Positions 51,273 to 64,000 of a stretch of DNA of 64,000 nt are shown here, piece after piece; the first letter of the stretch is position 1, and every line of letters starts with the position of its first letter. The stretch covers positions 30,742,213-30,806,212 of the forward strand of contig OZ234493.1 in assembly GCA_965153455.1 (NCBI GenBank). The letters run 5' to 3'. The DNA comes from Sphagnum compactum (Eukaryota). The position numbers and the translations under genes are program-made. The notes under the pieces are model-generated. The model saw only the letters and a program-made list of their open reading frames with translations. It ran no database searches and was not told the DNA's origin.

Positions 51273-54200
51273 ATGAGATCGACACAAGGAATTGATCATT
51301 TCCAGGCAACTGGATCCATGCATGACAACATTGTGCTTGATCATGCAGAGCATCAGTTTTCAGTGGTGGTGGCTGGTGATCTGCAATCTCCAGTTATGCA
51401 TGAGGAGGAGGTGAAGGAAGAAGCATGTAATGTGAACTTGTCAGAAGCAGCAACCATCAATAGCGGAGAGCTGATTGCTGCTGACAAGGAGGTGGCTTTG
51501 CTACCACCCAGTCATTCTAGCAATGTTTCCGCAAGGATTATTAGACCGGAAGCTGTTGATATTGAGTTGATAAGAACAGGGAATTGCAGTGTAAGTCCTG
51601 TAGCAGAAGGCCGGGATGAGGTTGATGTTGCAATAAGGACTGATACAAAAGAAGCAGCTGACAACATTGTCGTGATCAGGGAGCAGCTGGAGGTTAGGGG
51701 TTTGCATGAGAATGAGGTGCTGGAGCTCAGCAAGAAAGCAACAAATGGTAATGCTGCAAGTATTGGAGCATCATCTAAAGCTCAGAGTTTAGCTGGACAT
51801 GAGATCATGGGTATTGAGCTTGATTTGCTGCTGCATCATGTTGAGGAAGGTTGCAGTGCCATGGCCGTTGATTTCAATGGTGCTGTCAACAATGTCATGG
51901 AAATTCCAGGACAAAAATTGGGAGTAGAGTCAAGAGCTTCTGTTGAGCAGCATGCTGCTGCTGATGGGATCATGACAGAGGTCACGGAAAAAAGTACTCA
52001 TGCCACTGCAGTAGGCTCAGAGGAACTGGCTGTTAAGGAGTCACGCGTAGTTGTGTACCAGACGGTGATGTCTGTAGAGTCAGGCAACAAAAATGGAGCA
52101 TTGCCTGCAGCAGGTGAAGCAGCAGCTGATGCACAAGTGAAGACCATTGATGCAGTGGATGGAGTTGAAATGCACAAAGAGAAGCCCATCGCTGGGGAAG
52201 TCAATGATGAAGCTGAGGTCATGATAGATGTTGAAGACGATCATGACAACAATGAGGAGGTTATTGTATTGAAGCAAAGCGGGTCTGTACATGCAAGTGT
52301 CCATAAAGCTTTTTCAGGGGGTGCACAGTTATTAGGAATCACAGATATGGGGGATGATGGAGTTGATGATAGTCATGGCCGAATCAAGCCAGTAGTGCTG
52401 CCTCAGAATGCTAAGACAGTGCCATGTATTGTGGAGGATGGTGCAATGGAGGAGGATGGCAGACCTGCTACAGATGGGATTGCTTTGCAACCCACCAGTA
52501 GAAGCCAGGCTATTGCAACAATGGAAATTGATCAAGACAGCAAAGAAGCTATGACTCTATCCACAGCTGATCAAGCAGTAAAGGAACAACCTGCACAAGG
52601 CTTGGAGTTGCATTTAGAGAGATCTGATGCCACAATCTTGAATCTGGCAGCCTGCGATCCAGTCATGGGTTCTGGACAACCAGTTTCATCTGTTGAGACA
52701 GAATCTGGGTGGGTTGGAACTGCCTTCCTCTCTATCCCTTCATCTTTGATGAGAAAGCTCAGTTGCAGTCTCAAATATCTTCTCCTTTGGAACCCTAATC
52801 CAAGAATGGAAAATGGGTAGGATAAGCCATTTTGTGAACAATCAATCCATGCCTCTGATTCTTGTCTCTTTTTTGTGGGTAGATGTGACTTCCGTATAGA
52901 GAATATTTTGATTTGTGGGTAGATTTCTAAGCAGCAGGAATATCTGTCCCTCTCAGTTGCAGTTCTCTGTGATTGATTTCATATTGTTTTTCATATGTAC
53001 CTCTTCTTGGCATAAGTGCAAAAGGTGGTGTTATGTCACAGCAAATTGAGCACTCTGGATGAGGTTTTGATAGCAACTACTTGTGCCGGAAACACTGAAG
53101 GTATGCATGCTGGTCACATCCAAATGTACTAATTTCTTTTGCACTTCTTCCACACTTCCTACCTGATGCTTCAATGTCTTCTGCCTTCTATGGAGGAGAG
53201 ACTACAATAGCTTCTTGCTCTTCTCCAATATGATACATTGTTCTGAAATTTCAGGACTGCTCAAACATACAACAGTTTGGTTGACGGGTGACTTGTCTGT
53301 TCTCAGCCATGACAGGAGTCCTACAAGTGCATGTTAGCAGAGGAAGTGATGATAATCTTTTGGAAGGGCTAGATGTTTGGGGGATCAAGCCAAGGAAAAG
53401 GAAAAGGCCTTTGAATTCCAAGCTTACACTGGGACAACCAGATGCAGCTGCTACAACATCAGGGCCTCTTGTGGATCTGCCAGTCACATCAGTGGCACCC
53501 ACCCACTTGGATAATGCTGTTGCAATGTATGGCAATTTGGTGGCTGTGAGGGAGGATCTATCAGGCTTTCAGAGTCCTGCACAGGTTAGGGAGCATCAGC
53601 CTCATGTGAATGCAGACAAGCACCTAGAGCAGGCACAAACTAGTGCACAGGAAGCTATGGCAACTGCAACGTCTGCTCTTGCACAGAGCCAGATTGTGTG
53701 GGCACGCATTCACTCACACAACCCTTCAGACTCGGGAACTGCACGGGAGGTGCAAATAGCTTCGTTAGCAGCAACTGTGGCAGCTGCTGCCTCAGTTGCA
53801 AAGGCTGCTATTGAAGCTGCCAGAGCAATAGGACAGGCTTCCAATGAAGCCTACCTGCAATCTGATGTTAGGCATGCAGGACCTGGAACGCAAGGTTCAC
53901 TTGGGAGTGGTGTGGTTCCATCCCATCTTCCATTTGAGACCACCCAAGCAGGTGATGAGCATGTCCAACAGGTACATCAGACCTGATCACCTCTTCTTTG
54001 TTGCTCTTGGCCTTTTTTTACAGTTTTTCTGTATCAACCAGCCAATAAGGCCACCACTAGGAGAAATAGAAAAAGAGCACTTGTGGGCTTGGATTGCTGA
54101 GACGCTTACAATTTTGCCTCAGTTGGAGAACTCACAGATGCACCAGAAAATGACAAAGACTGCTGTTTTTGAGATCCTTGAAGGATGAAGTAGTTGTCTC

Positions 54201-57200
54201 GTGGGAAATGGGACAGGTTGCAAGCAGGATCCAGTTTGGAAAGAGCACAAAAAGAGCTATAACAGAAATTCAGCAAAATGTTGAGATGCTAGAGCCGATG
54301 GTCCGAGCAGCTGGACTTGCAGCACAAGCTGCCACACATGCAGGAGCTATGATGACTACAGGAAATCCACTAACACAGGCAACCAGCATGGCAAATTACT
54401 GGATGGGAAAAGTAGCAGAACTGAAGGCAGAGGCAAATCAGAATGGTAAAGGCCAAGCTCACAAGAAAACAAAGCTCACTAAGCACAGAGGGGTCGAAGA
54501 AATATTTTCCAGAACTGGGGTGCCCAAAAAGCAAGTAGGTTATGCTGGAAGCTTGCCCATGACAATACCAAAGAAAAAGAAGGACAAGCAAGTGCTTCAT
54601 GCTAGAAGCCCATCAACAACGACATCAAAGAAAGTGAAGGATAAGCAAGCACTTCATACTGGAAGCCCACCAATGATGACACCGAAGAAAGTGAAGGATA
54701 AGCAAGCACTTCATACTGGAAGCCCACCAATGATGACACTGCAGAAAGTGAAGGATAAGCAAGCATTTCATACTGGAAGCCCACCAATGACGACACCAAA
54801 GAAAGTGAAGGATAAGCAAGCACTTCATACTGGAAGCCTGCCAATGACAACACCAAAGAAAGTGAAGGATAAGCAAGCACTTCATACTGGAAGCCCACCA
54901 ACAACAACACCAAAGAAAGTGAAGGATAAGCAAACACTTCATACTGAAAGCCCACCAATGATGACACCAAAGAAAGTGAAGGATAAGCAAGCACTTCATA
55001 CTGGAAGCCTACCAATGACAACATCGAGGAAAAAAATGGATAAGAAAGCATCATCCAAGAGAGGTGTATTCATGAAGGGGAAGGAAGTTGTGCTGGGCAA
55101 GGCAGAGGATATGGGAAAGAGTCTCTCCCCTAAGCATAGTCCTTCTAAGCAGAAGGTGACTGCAATATCAGAAATGACTCCAAGGTATGCTGCATTGCAG
55201 TTAGCTGGTTTCGCAACTCAGAGACTGGATCCAGGGGAGCTTGTTGGGTGGAGTAACATAAACAACAATCCTGAAATTATCAGAGAGGGATCGGTTGTGG
55301 AGGTCAGTTGATTTTCATTCTTGACTGCATTCTCCTGGATGGGGTTGCATGCGTACGACCAACTTTTGCAATGTCCATCATCGTTTTGTGCATGTGGGGA
55401 GTGAGTGGCAGACAGAGCCTCTAAGAGTTTTTCACTTCTTAACGCATGGCATACATAAGTACCAATTGCTGTCCCTTTTGGTGGTGGATCACTGCTGAGC
55501 AGTTGGTGGGTTTTGAATGACACACATGCAGGTCATGTCTGAGGAAGAAGGTTTGCGTGGTGGCTGGTTTTCTGCAAAGCTTCTTGCATTCACTGAGCAA
55601 GAAGCTTTAGTGGTTTATGATGAGCTCCTCACAGATGATGGTGATCCTTCTCTAGTTCTTTTTCTGGCCTTCAATCTTCTGGCCTAAATTTCTTTCCATG
55701 TGTATCCTAAGCTCATTTCTGCATTTAGTTACATTCGTGTGTTTTTTGTTTTGTTTTTTGTCTTCCCTTGTTTGGTTCTTTCTGTGGCTTCCTGAGGAAG
55801 TGTTAGCCTTGCTGTTTCTTCTTCATCTTGAGAACGGGGATTTCTCTATTCTCATGAAAGATATTACATTCGTGTGTCGATATTCTCTATCCCTGCTGCT
55901 TGATCTATGTCACAAACATTGGTACACAGTAAGGTAATCTGATTTTTGTGTCCCAGGAAGCTCCAATCTGAAGGAGTGGTTTCCTCGGAATGATTCATTT
56001 GTTGGATCTGGCATACTGCGGCGCATGCGTCCCATGCATCCTTTTGTGTTTATAAAGGACAAGGGATCAAGGATACGACGCCGTGTAGCTATGGGCTCTC
56101 AAGCTTGGTCAGTTGGAGACCGTGTAGATGCCTTTCTCCAAGATGGGTAGTGTCCTCTCACCTCTTTTTTCTCTGTGCCCCCATCTTCCTCTTACTTGCA
56201 ATAAATCAGCAAGGTCGCAAGGTATGGTGTGAATTCATTACTCAGCAGCAACCAGGAAACTACTTCATGCATTCACTAGCACTGCTGAAGAGTTATGTGT
56301 GTTATGTATGCTGAGATGGTGAGACTTGATGAATCTGTACAGTAGTGGAAAAATGGAGGGTTTTGGGTACTTCCGAGGACATAGTTTTCATTAAGGTTAG
56401 ACCCTTCATAATTGGAAATATGAATTGTTGCAAGGGGATTAGTAGTTGATTAGTGCAAAACAAAATGACTCCAGGTGGTGGGAAGGAGTTGTGAAGGAAG
56501 TCAATGACATGGACGAAAACAAGATCACTGTTTACTTTCCAGGTTTGCAAAAGTGTTGTTACTGGCTTCACTAAATTTTTGGGATTTCTGAAAATGGATA
56601 CTGAGATATTGTTAGAGTCAACCCAAGCAAAATTCCCAACCCTTGTTAAAGATTGCTTCTGAATTCTGTGTGCAGCCAGTTTCAGAAGTATCGACTGGAA
56701 TTAAAGGAACTTGAGATTGCTCCGAGAGATGTTCCAAGGAAGTTTTCCAATAGTCATCAAAGAGAGGACATTATTGATATCTTGGTAGTATATCCAGCAT
56801 ACTGTAGGAACAAGTTAGTCCAAGCTATGTCCTCTGTTTGTTCCTGCTTTCCAAGTAGTGTGTGATGAGATTTGGAGGATGCTTTTGTGAATGTCCAGGT
56901 GAGGATGACACTGCAGTTGTCAAGACATGGAATGTGAGGCCCTCGCTAACTTGGAAAGATGGCATTTGGGGGCCATGGACAGATACCTTGAACCATGAGG
57001 TAAGGAGCTGTTGCATACTTGGGCATTTGCTTTTACAAAGGTTCTTCTTGTTCTTCACAGCAGAAAAATGTTTTGAGAGGCTTAAGAAAGCTCGTATTCT
57101 TGAGGAGCACACCAAAAGTGGACATGGAAGTAGGTGGTTCCAATGAGCTAACCTTTGTACCTTAGAGAGGATAATCTTCAGTATCCACCTGCCAGAGTTT

Positions 57201-57910
57201 ACACTTTGTCTGAGTGGAAAAAAGCTGCAGAAGGTGGGTAGCTTGGATGAAAGACTATTGACAAACTTCTGGTTTCCATGGCTTTGTTACCAGGATGGTC
57301 ATCAGCCTCCAAAATTGCAGAAATTAGAGAACCCTGGTGTGAAAGGTAAGAAAATGGCAAAGAAAAGGAAGCTAATGGAGCTGAGAGAGGATGCCCCTGA
57401 GACTTCTGCACCTCCAAGAAGTGCCCCACGGTTGCCTGAGGGCATCACATCAAGAGGTGTCAGTCATGCACATCACAAGGTTGCTGAGGTTAGTAGCACT
57501 GCATTGTCGACTCCCAAGCACAAGGCATCTTATGCTGGTATGGCTACCATGCCAAAATCTGCGAAAAAACATTCGACACAAGAAATCAGGACACCAACAA
57601 CCAGGCAACAGAGTGCAGCAGAGAATGATGAACATCAAAAACCGAGGCGGGCATTGCAACCAACATCCAGGGTGTGATTTTCCAGAGTTACCTGTTATCT
57701 TTGTTTTGGCTCAAAATATCTAAAATGGTGTTTGTGCTTTAAGGATCTAGGAATTGCCTGAGGATGAAGATTGAAAATCTGAGATCAAGTTTCTTCATAT
57801 GGGCTATCTGCAAATCAAAGTCAATGCTGAGAAGATTGAATCTGTGTCAGCTTGTCCAGCCTTCTGATGTTTGCTGACTCTTGTGTATGCAGCTCTTGGA
57901 GGGAGTCTGA
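51273..57910 (+). CDS. SWO1: SWOLLEN1/G2484-1-like tandem Agenet (plant Tudor) domain protein. Exons ~51273-52708, 53042-53100, 53307-53971, 54184-55302, 55532-55640, 55957-56146, 56475-56542, 56899-56999, 57294-57671 and 57893-57910.
   Basis: Ala-rich helix (IASLAATVAAAASVAKAA), VRAAGLAAQAATHAG...GNPL, Agenet motifs IREGSVVEV-MSEEEGLRGGWFSAK, WSVGDRVDAFLQDG-WWEGVV and VRPSLTWKDGIW, and C-terminal LQPTSR-LLEG. Introns are phase-compatible GT-AG. The start codon and the 53.95-54.18 kb junction are uncertain. Confidence 0.85.
54571..55040 (+). repeat. In-frame 57-bp coding tandem repeat, ~8 copies (KKVKDKQALHTGSPPMMTP)
   Basis: Visible in both the DNA and ORF 54169..55311. Confidence 0.95.
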
Positions 57911-59629
57911 GTTCTTCCAAGGGAATTCAAAAGGGAATGCTTCTGACCAAAACAAGAACATGTTGAACAAAACATAGTAACAGCTGAATCAAGTCTCGGG
58001 GGGAAGACAGATCCATTTGAGGACTGCTTTGACTGGTTTGGTAGGCCCAGTTTGTCTTCATTAGGCTAGCTATCAGATGTGCGATCTTCACTGCAACTTT
58101 CTTAACAATCCTCAAATCAGCATGGTTTTGTGATACACAGGTATGCAAGCTTTCATGATATCAAGTTTCTTGACTTTTCACTTTGTCAAAGCTAGCTACC
58201 ATTTGATGACATGATCATTAGAAACATTAAGATCTGTATGGTCTTCCATTTTCATTCCATGAACTGACTGCAGATGTAGCTTGAAATCTTGTTAGTATTA
58301 ATTCTCTTTATGTCAAGAATTTGCACCAGCACCCTTCCCTTGCAGTGCCGAAAAGGTGGTTTCAATACCATTGAGCAAATCTTCTTACTGGACAGACATT
58401 TCCAAAATTTTGTATCTTGTCACTTGGGAGGCAAAACACCAGTGCGGCCTCTTTTGCTCAGTTTCAGCTGTAGCATCATAATTGATCAAGAAATTCTCTC
58501 GGTGAGCTTTCATGACAACAAGGTCTTATAATTCTCTTTTGAAAATGTCATGGATATCTTTGCATTATTGTAGGGTCTGTAGGTAGGTCCGAGGGCACCC
58601 TTTTTCCAAACTATTATAATATAACATACAACTTTCAAGCTTAATTCTTGATGTTCGACGTGTATTATGCAATGCTTGCACCATGTAATATGGGGGAATT
58701 TGAGATGTAGTTTTTACTTTTCATAGTAGAGAGAGTTGTGTTAGAAGCATAAGTGTGCAAGTGTGTCCACTTTTTTCGTTTCCTTCAAACTTCATACTTC
58801 TTTTACCAAGTAGAAAATATCATTGACAAATCTGAAGTTTTTTTTTTCTTGAGACATCTTTTGGGATTTGTGAACACTAAAAAGGAATATGAAAGAGGGT
58901 ATTTAAAAAATAAATTCAAGGATAGTTATTAGTTTCAATAGACTTTAATTGTGAACTTGGAAAAGTCCAAATTGTTTCTAGTGTTCATTTCCTAGCTTTG
59001 AAAGTTATAGTTATTTTTGATGGGAGAAAAAAACAACATTTAGTCAAACGGAATTGAATCAACCATCTCCTAGACCTTTTTACTTCTTTTAAAATTGAAG
59101 TAGTGTGTGAAGGAAAGATCAAAATAGTGGCAATTTGGGAGAGGACCTTCAAAAATGATTATGCACAATCAATATTGGAATACCCTCAACCAAGTTCATC
59201 ATGCCTATAATTCGTTAGTGGTATGTATGGATTATCATATTTGTGTGAGCATCATTAACTTAGGAAAAATATAGTTGGAGGTGGTTTGTTGTGTTGGTTG
59301 GGTTGTATATGGTGAAGGTGTTTTATTATGGTAAACCAAACTATTGAAGAGGATTGTTTATAGGAATTGTTGATCCAACAGAGGTAGGACCTTCTATTCA
59401 ACCTATTTAGAGAACCATAGGAGAAGTGGAGAACATTCAAAAAAATAAGATTTGTTTAGGACATCCATGTTCCTAAAACTTAATCATTTGGTTTCAAGTG
59501 GTATCATTAGCAAATGCTAAGAAAAGACATATGGGGGTTAGTTTGCTACACATTTTGTCTTCCTTACAACACATAGATGCACAATTAGATTGCTACATTC
59601 ATTCCACTTTACGTATTCAAGTAGATTAA

Positions 59630-60171
59630 TTCAGTAAGTCTCTGTGTCTGTGACGGAGGTTTTGGGGGGTGGGGGAGGGAGATGCCTGGTGAAGCAGTGG
59701 GTGACAGGTGATGGGGGGGGGGGGTCTACCAGCACGGGGGGGTGATTGCTGCCCTCTGTTTTTTGATTGGCCAATCCTAATGATTGGTCCAGGTGGTTTG
59801 CTATTAGTAGTTCCCACTCGACCAAATCAATGTTTTAGCCATAATGGATGGGGTTGCAAAAAAGTAAATAACCAAACTTGGATGTAAGAAATATTTTGCA
59901 GGGTCACATGGTGGGCACCGATGGGGATGCTCTAAGGCTCACAGTTTGAAAGCTAAGACCCATTTTTGCAAGTGTTGAACTTGTGGGTGTTTCCATTACC
60001 CTGAGGTCATGCTGGATTTTGGCCTAACCAATCTCCACTTGATTGGATTTCTAACCACCTTACTTACCCTAAGGTCAGTTTCGTTGACGGGGGCAAGAAC
60101 CGGAGTGGGCTATGGGAAGGACCGGGCGGGGGGGAGCTCGACGGGTGCATTATGCACCGGGTTCACACTAG
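59630..60171 (+). mobile_element. Probable non-autonomous Helitron containing a half MITE (~59757-59932)
   Basis: 3' hairpin GGTGCA-TTA-TGCACC followed by CTAG|T (60168-60172). A MITE right end GGGGATGCTC|TAA lies at 59932. The 5' boundary is approximate. Confidence 0.6.
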
Positions 60172-60899
60172 TTCAAGTAGAGTGAGATGTTTTTTGATAG
60201 AAAAAAAATTTGAATTTGTTGTGAGAAGCATTTTTCATGTCCTTTCTTTCTTTGAAAATCAATGTCATAATGTTTGTGTTAAATAATAAGGAATGGTGAA
60301 TCATATTTTTGAGAGTGTTTAGGATTTGAAGATGATGATCATTCTAGTGTTTCAAAGTGCTAGAGATGAGGATCTTAAACGTTTCATTTAACAATACATA
60401 AAAAAATTTACATCAATATGGGGTACATAGGGTTTCAAATGATTGGGTAACCTGATCACAAATTTTGGAAGGTTGTGCACCATAATGATATGCAAGGCAA
60501 ATCCATGAAGTAAATCATTCACGAAAGTTGGTGTTTGTTGCTTTGGTGTGGGAATTTGTGCCAAATGATCAATATGAAACATTAATTTACAAACTCAACC
60601 AAATGAAGTAGGGGGTTTCAAAGCAAGTGAAGGAGTTCATAGATTGGATGCATGATCTTTCAACAAGAATCACCAAGAGTTTGCAAATGCAAGGCCATTA
60701 TTTTGATGCACCGATTTTCATTGGAATTCAAGCATTGGTTTTAAAGGATTTCATAATTGGACTTCTACCTATGCCATGAAATTAAGTATGAAGGAGCACC
60801 CCCCTTGGTTAGAGCCATTGATATCACTGAGTGAAAAGAAGGAAACATGATGGAAATGAAGGAGATTGAAATCTTTGCAAAACTAGAATGAAACACCTT

Positions 60900-63190
60900 A
60901 AGAATGACATTGATTACCAAAGAACTTGAATAATTGACCAAGTTAGAAAATGTATTGATTTATTTTTTTGCACAAATGAACTAGCTAAGTATTCATTTAT
61001 TCAAACCAAAGAAGCAAGCAAAACAAAATTCTTATGTTAAAGATTCCACTAATGTCCAATGCTACAATTATAGTGAAAATGGACATTATTTGAAGGATTG
61101 CAACAAACTTTCACAACAAGGTGGGGCACAGTCAACCAAGAATATATGATCGAGGAAAAATGCAGGGTCCCAATCAACTTGATTGAGGTCAAGGAAAAAC
61201 AAAAAGAAAAAGCCTTGGAGGAACTTCATGCATCCCTTGGTGAAGAGGTTGAGATCATGGTCATTAAACAGATGCATAAGGATTCAAGCATACCTATGGG
61301 CATGAAGAAGATGAAAGAGATGGTGTGTAATAAAGATAAGAAGAAAACACATTGGATGCAATTGGGGTTTCAAGATTTCCCCATCTCCCAATAACAAGGT
61401 CAATATTCTGTACTACAAGATGTAGGCATTAAAAAAGTGGACATCACATTGGGTAGCTAGTGTCCATGATTTCTTTTATAGAAGAGAATTTCAAAGAGGA
61501 TTTAACGTATTCAAAATACCTTTCATTTTTGAACCAATGAATACAATATGGTTAACAAAAAATGTGACCTAATTATAGGTGTCTAGTATAATGCTTCCAT
61601 GTTAAAAGGAATTTTAGTAGATGGAGCGGTAGGAATAAATGTAACAACAATTCTTGCCATGAAATATCTTGGGTTAAAGATTGAAAAAACCTCTTTTATT
61701 ACCTTCAAGATGGCTAGTAAGAAGTTGGGTCAAACTAGTGGGAATGGTTATGAATGTTAACATTGACATTCAATGTGTTTTCACCATGTTAAATTTTCAA
61801 GTTGTTTCCACCATGGTAGATTTTCAAGTTGTTTCCAATGAAGAAGGTGCTTATGCCATGATTTTGGGAAGACCTTGGCTTCTCAAAGCACATGTGAGAC
61901 TGATTGTCGAGAAGGGTTCATGACCATAAGGAAAATCCATAATTGGTAGAAAATCTCTTTTGCAAGATTAAGACAAAAGGATATTGTGAAAGCTTTAGAC
62001 ACCAATTATTCGGGGGAATCTAAAAAGTCCAATTTGATGGACAATAATTAAATTAATAATTCAATATACAAAGAAGTTGATATGTATGCCATAAAATTTG
62101 TTCCAAAGTTGGGAGGTCCTAAAGATGGTATGATTGAAGATTTAGAAAAAAATAACCATCATATCTTTTGCTTCTAGGGAGGTCACTTCCATTTTATTCC
62201 ACATGGAACGGCAAAAAATTATAATGTGCAACTTATTGAAAAGAAGTAAAAATCTTAGTTTATTTAAATGTACACATGGTGTTTATAATCATTATGTGAA
62301 TATATTTACAATATACAAAAAAAATGCCATTAATTCATAGAAAATTAAAAAATACCTTTTTATTTCATGCACTTTTTAAAGTATACAATCAATGACCTCC
62401 TTGGGGTCTTGCTTATATATTCCAAGTTCCTTTGTCATGAGTTTGACATATAAACCACTAGGAGAAGAACTAGGCGTGAAGGGAACATATCAAGATGAAG
62501 GTGGCTTTGGCAATTATCTTATTTTTGAACCTATGGAGCTTTGGAAACAAATAGCAAAGAAATGAAGGTGAAGTATTCACTATCGAATCTCATAAAGGAA
62601 GAGATCAATTGGAGGGTGGATTTGGTCCAATTCAAAAACAAAATAACTTTCCAAAAGTGATACCAATATTGAATGTTGTTTTGTAAGTACATCCACCTCT
62701 TTGGATTCAATTATAAGGAACTAAAGTAGGTAGATTGGGAAACAAACAAAATTGAATTGGTTCTTGATGCAAAGTCAATGAAGCAAAAATCATATTAAAT
62801 GAATCCAAAATACACGGATGTTGTGAAAGTAAAATTAAACAATGTTTTTGATGTGGGATTCATTAAACCTATTGAGAATATTAAATGGGTTTCACCCATC
62901 ACCTTGGTGCCCAAGAAGAATGGTAAACTTCCTGTTTGTGTTGACTACAAGAAACAAAATGCAATGATGAAAAAAGAACATTATCCATTTCCATTTTGTG
63001 ATGAGATTATGGAGGAGTTAGTCAAACACAAAATGTATTCATTTGTGGATGGATACATCAACTATCACTAGGTGCAATTGCCCCAAAAGATGAGTTGAAA
63101 ACAACCTTCCACAACACCTTGGGGAACTTTTTGTTATATGGAATGTCATTTGACCTTTGTAACACTTTTGCAATGTTCTTGCAACTTTGA
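60900..63190 (+). mobile_element. Decayed Ty3/Gypsy gag-protease-RT fragment
   Basis: Degenerate zinc knuckle CYNYSENGHYLKDC (~61060), protease-like ILVDG and YAMILGRPWL, RT N-terminus GFIKPIENIKWVSPITLVPKKNGKLPVCVDYKK...YPFPFCDEI; many stops and frameshifts. Confidence 0.88.
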
Positions 63191-63194
63191 AAAT

Positions 63195-63322
63195 CAATGC
63201 ACCTTCATGTGCCAAAGACTTTTCACATGATTTTCACATAAATTATCATGTGAAAGTCAATGCACTTTCACGTGCCAAAGATTTATCACATGACTTTCAC
63301 ATAAATTATCATGTGAAAGTCA
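63195..63322. repeat. ~63-bp direct repeat x2, each copy ending in a palindrome (TGACTTTCACAT...ATGTGAAAGTCA)
   Basis: Directly visible at the point where the RT fragment is truncated. Confidence 0.75.
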
Positions 63323-64000
63323 AACATTATGACCAAATCATAATTAAATTATGAATTAATAAGTAAATCACCAAACTTACCTATTAAATAATTACATAGG
63401 TAATAGTTAATTACATCAAGTTACAGCCTCATCATAAATATACACTAATAAATTATAACTCATCCAGGTGTTGCCATGTGAGGTAACATGAACATGGGTG
63501 TGCATAGTTGGTGCCAGAAAATGCTCTAAAATTGGCATGTTTTTAATGTTGATCCTTGAGAGTCCAAGAGATTGCACCTCATTTTCATTATCTTAGCTTA
63601 AGTTATCATAATATGTATTACATACAAAAATGATGTTGTTTGGTCAACATTTTGAGGAAGCATCCAAAATTAGTTCTTTCACCATCACCAACAAAACCAT
63701 GGCTTAGGATACCAGGCTCCACATTAACAAAATATATAATTCATTTTCAAAAAATTCAAAATTGTTATGTCTTAAGGGAGGTTCCTATACGAGTTTGTTC
63801 TCTTAAACCTTTTGCACTCCAAGGCGTGAGCCTAAGGGTGTTTTCAAACCTTTCAAACCTTAGGAAAACGCATGAGTATTGGAACCTCCCCCTTTTGTAA
63901 AACAACTCTCTTTTTGTTTCCTCATTTCTTTCTTTCTCATTTGGTAGAAAAGAAATATTTCCATGGGAATGTGGGAACATATAAAATTGGGGGAGCTCCC

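Noticed and set aside
54602..55054. Antisense repetitive ORFs
   Set aside because: They are shadows of the plus-strand coding repeat.

Overview
This is eukaryotic, intron-rich, AT-rich land-plant genomic DNA. The gene and repeat style suggests a moss, possibly Sphagnum-like, but that is inference only. Three recognisable spliced genes are present: (1) a minus-strand 2OG-Fe(II) oxygenase-like gene resembling Arabidopsis AT3G12940 (~4.1-6.3 kb); (2) RBM48, the minor-spliceosome RRM factor (minus strand, 41.7-43.7 kb); (3) a SWOLLEN1/G2484-1-like tandem-Agenet gene (plus strand, 51.3-57.9 kb) with an in-frame 19-aa TPKK-rich repeat expansion. A probable small ARID/BRIGHT-domain gene, visible only after splicing, lies directly 3' of the oxygenase-like gene. 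The intergenic space is a transposon mosaic: Tourist-like MITEs (one with a TTA TSD), a solo LTR with a 5-bp TSD, a non-autonomous CACTA element with a 3-bp TSD, several non-autonomous Helitrons and two decayed Ty3/Gypsy fragments. Unexplained signals include a ~20-copy telo-box minisatellite upstream of RBM48, a hairpin-dense GC-rich island at ~14.2-14.5 kb, a ~600-bp inverted duplication and a decayed coding-like island at 39.3-41.5 kb. Family assignments come from recalled sequence motifs, and exon boundaries were read by eye; no database searches were run.
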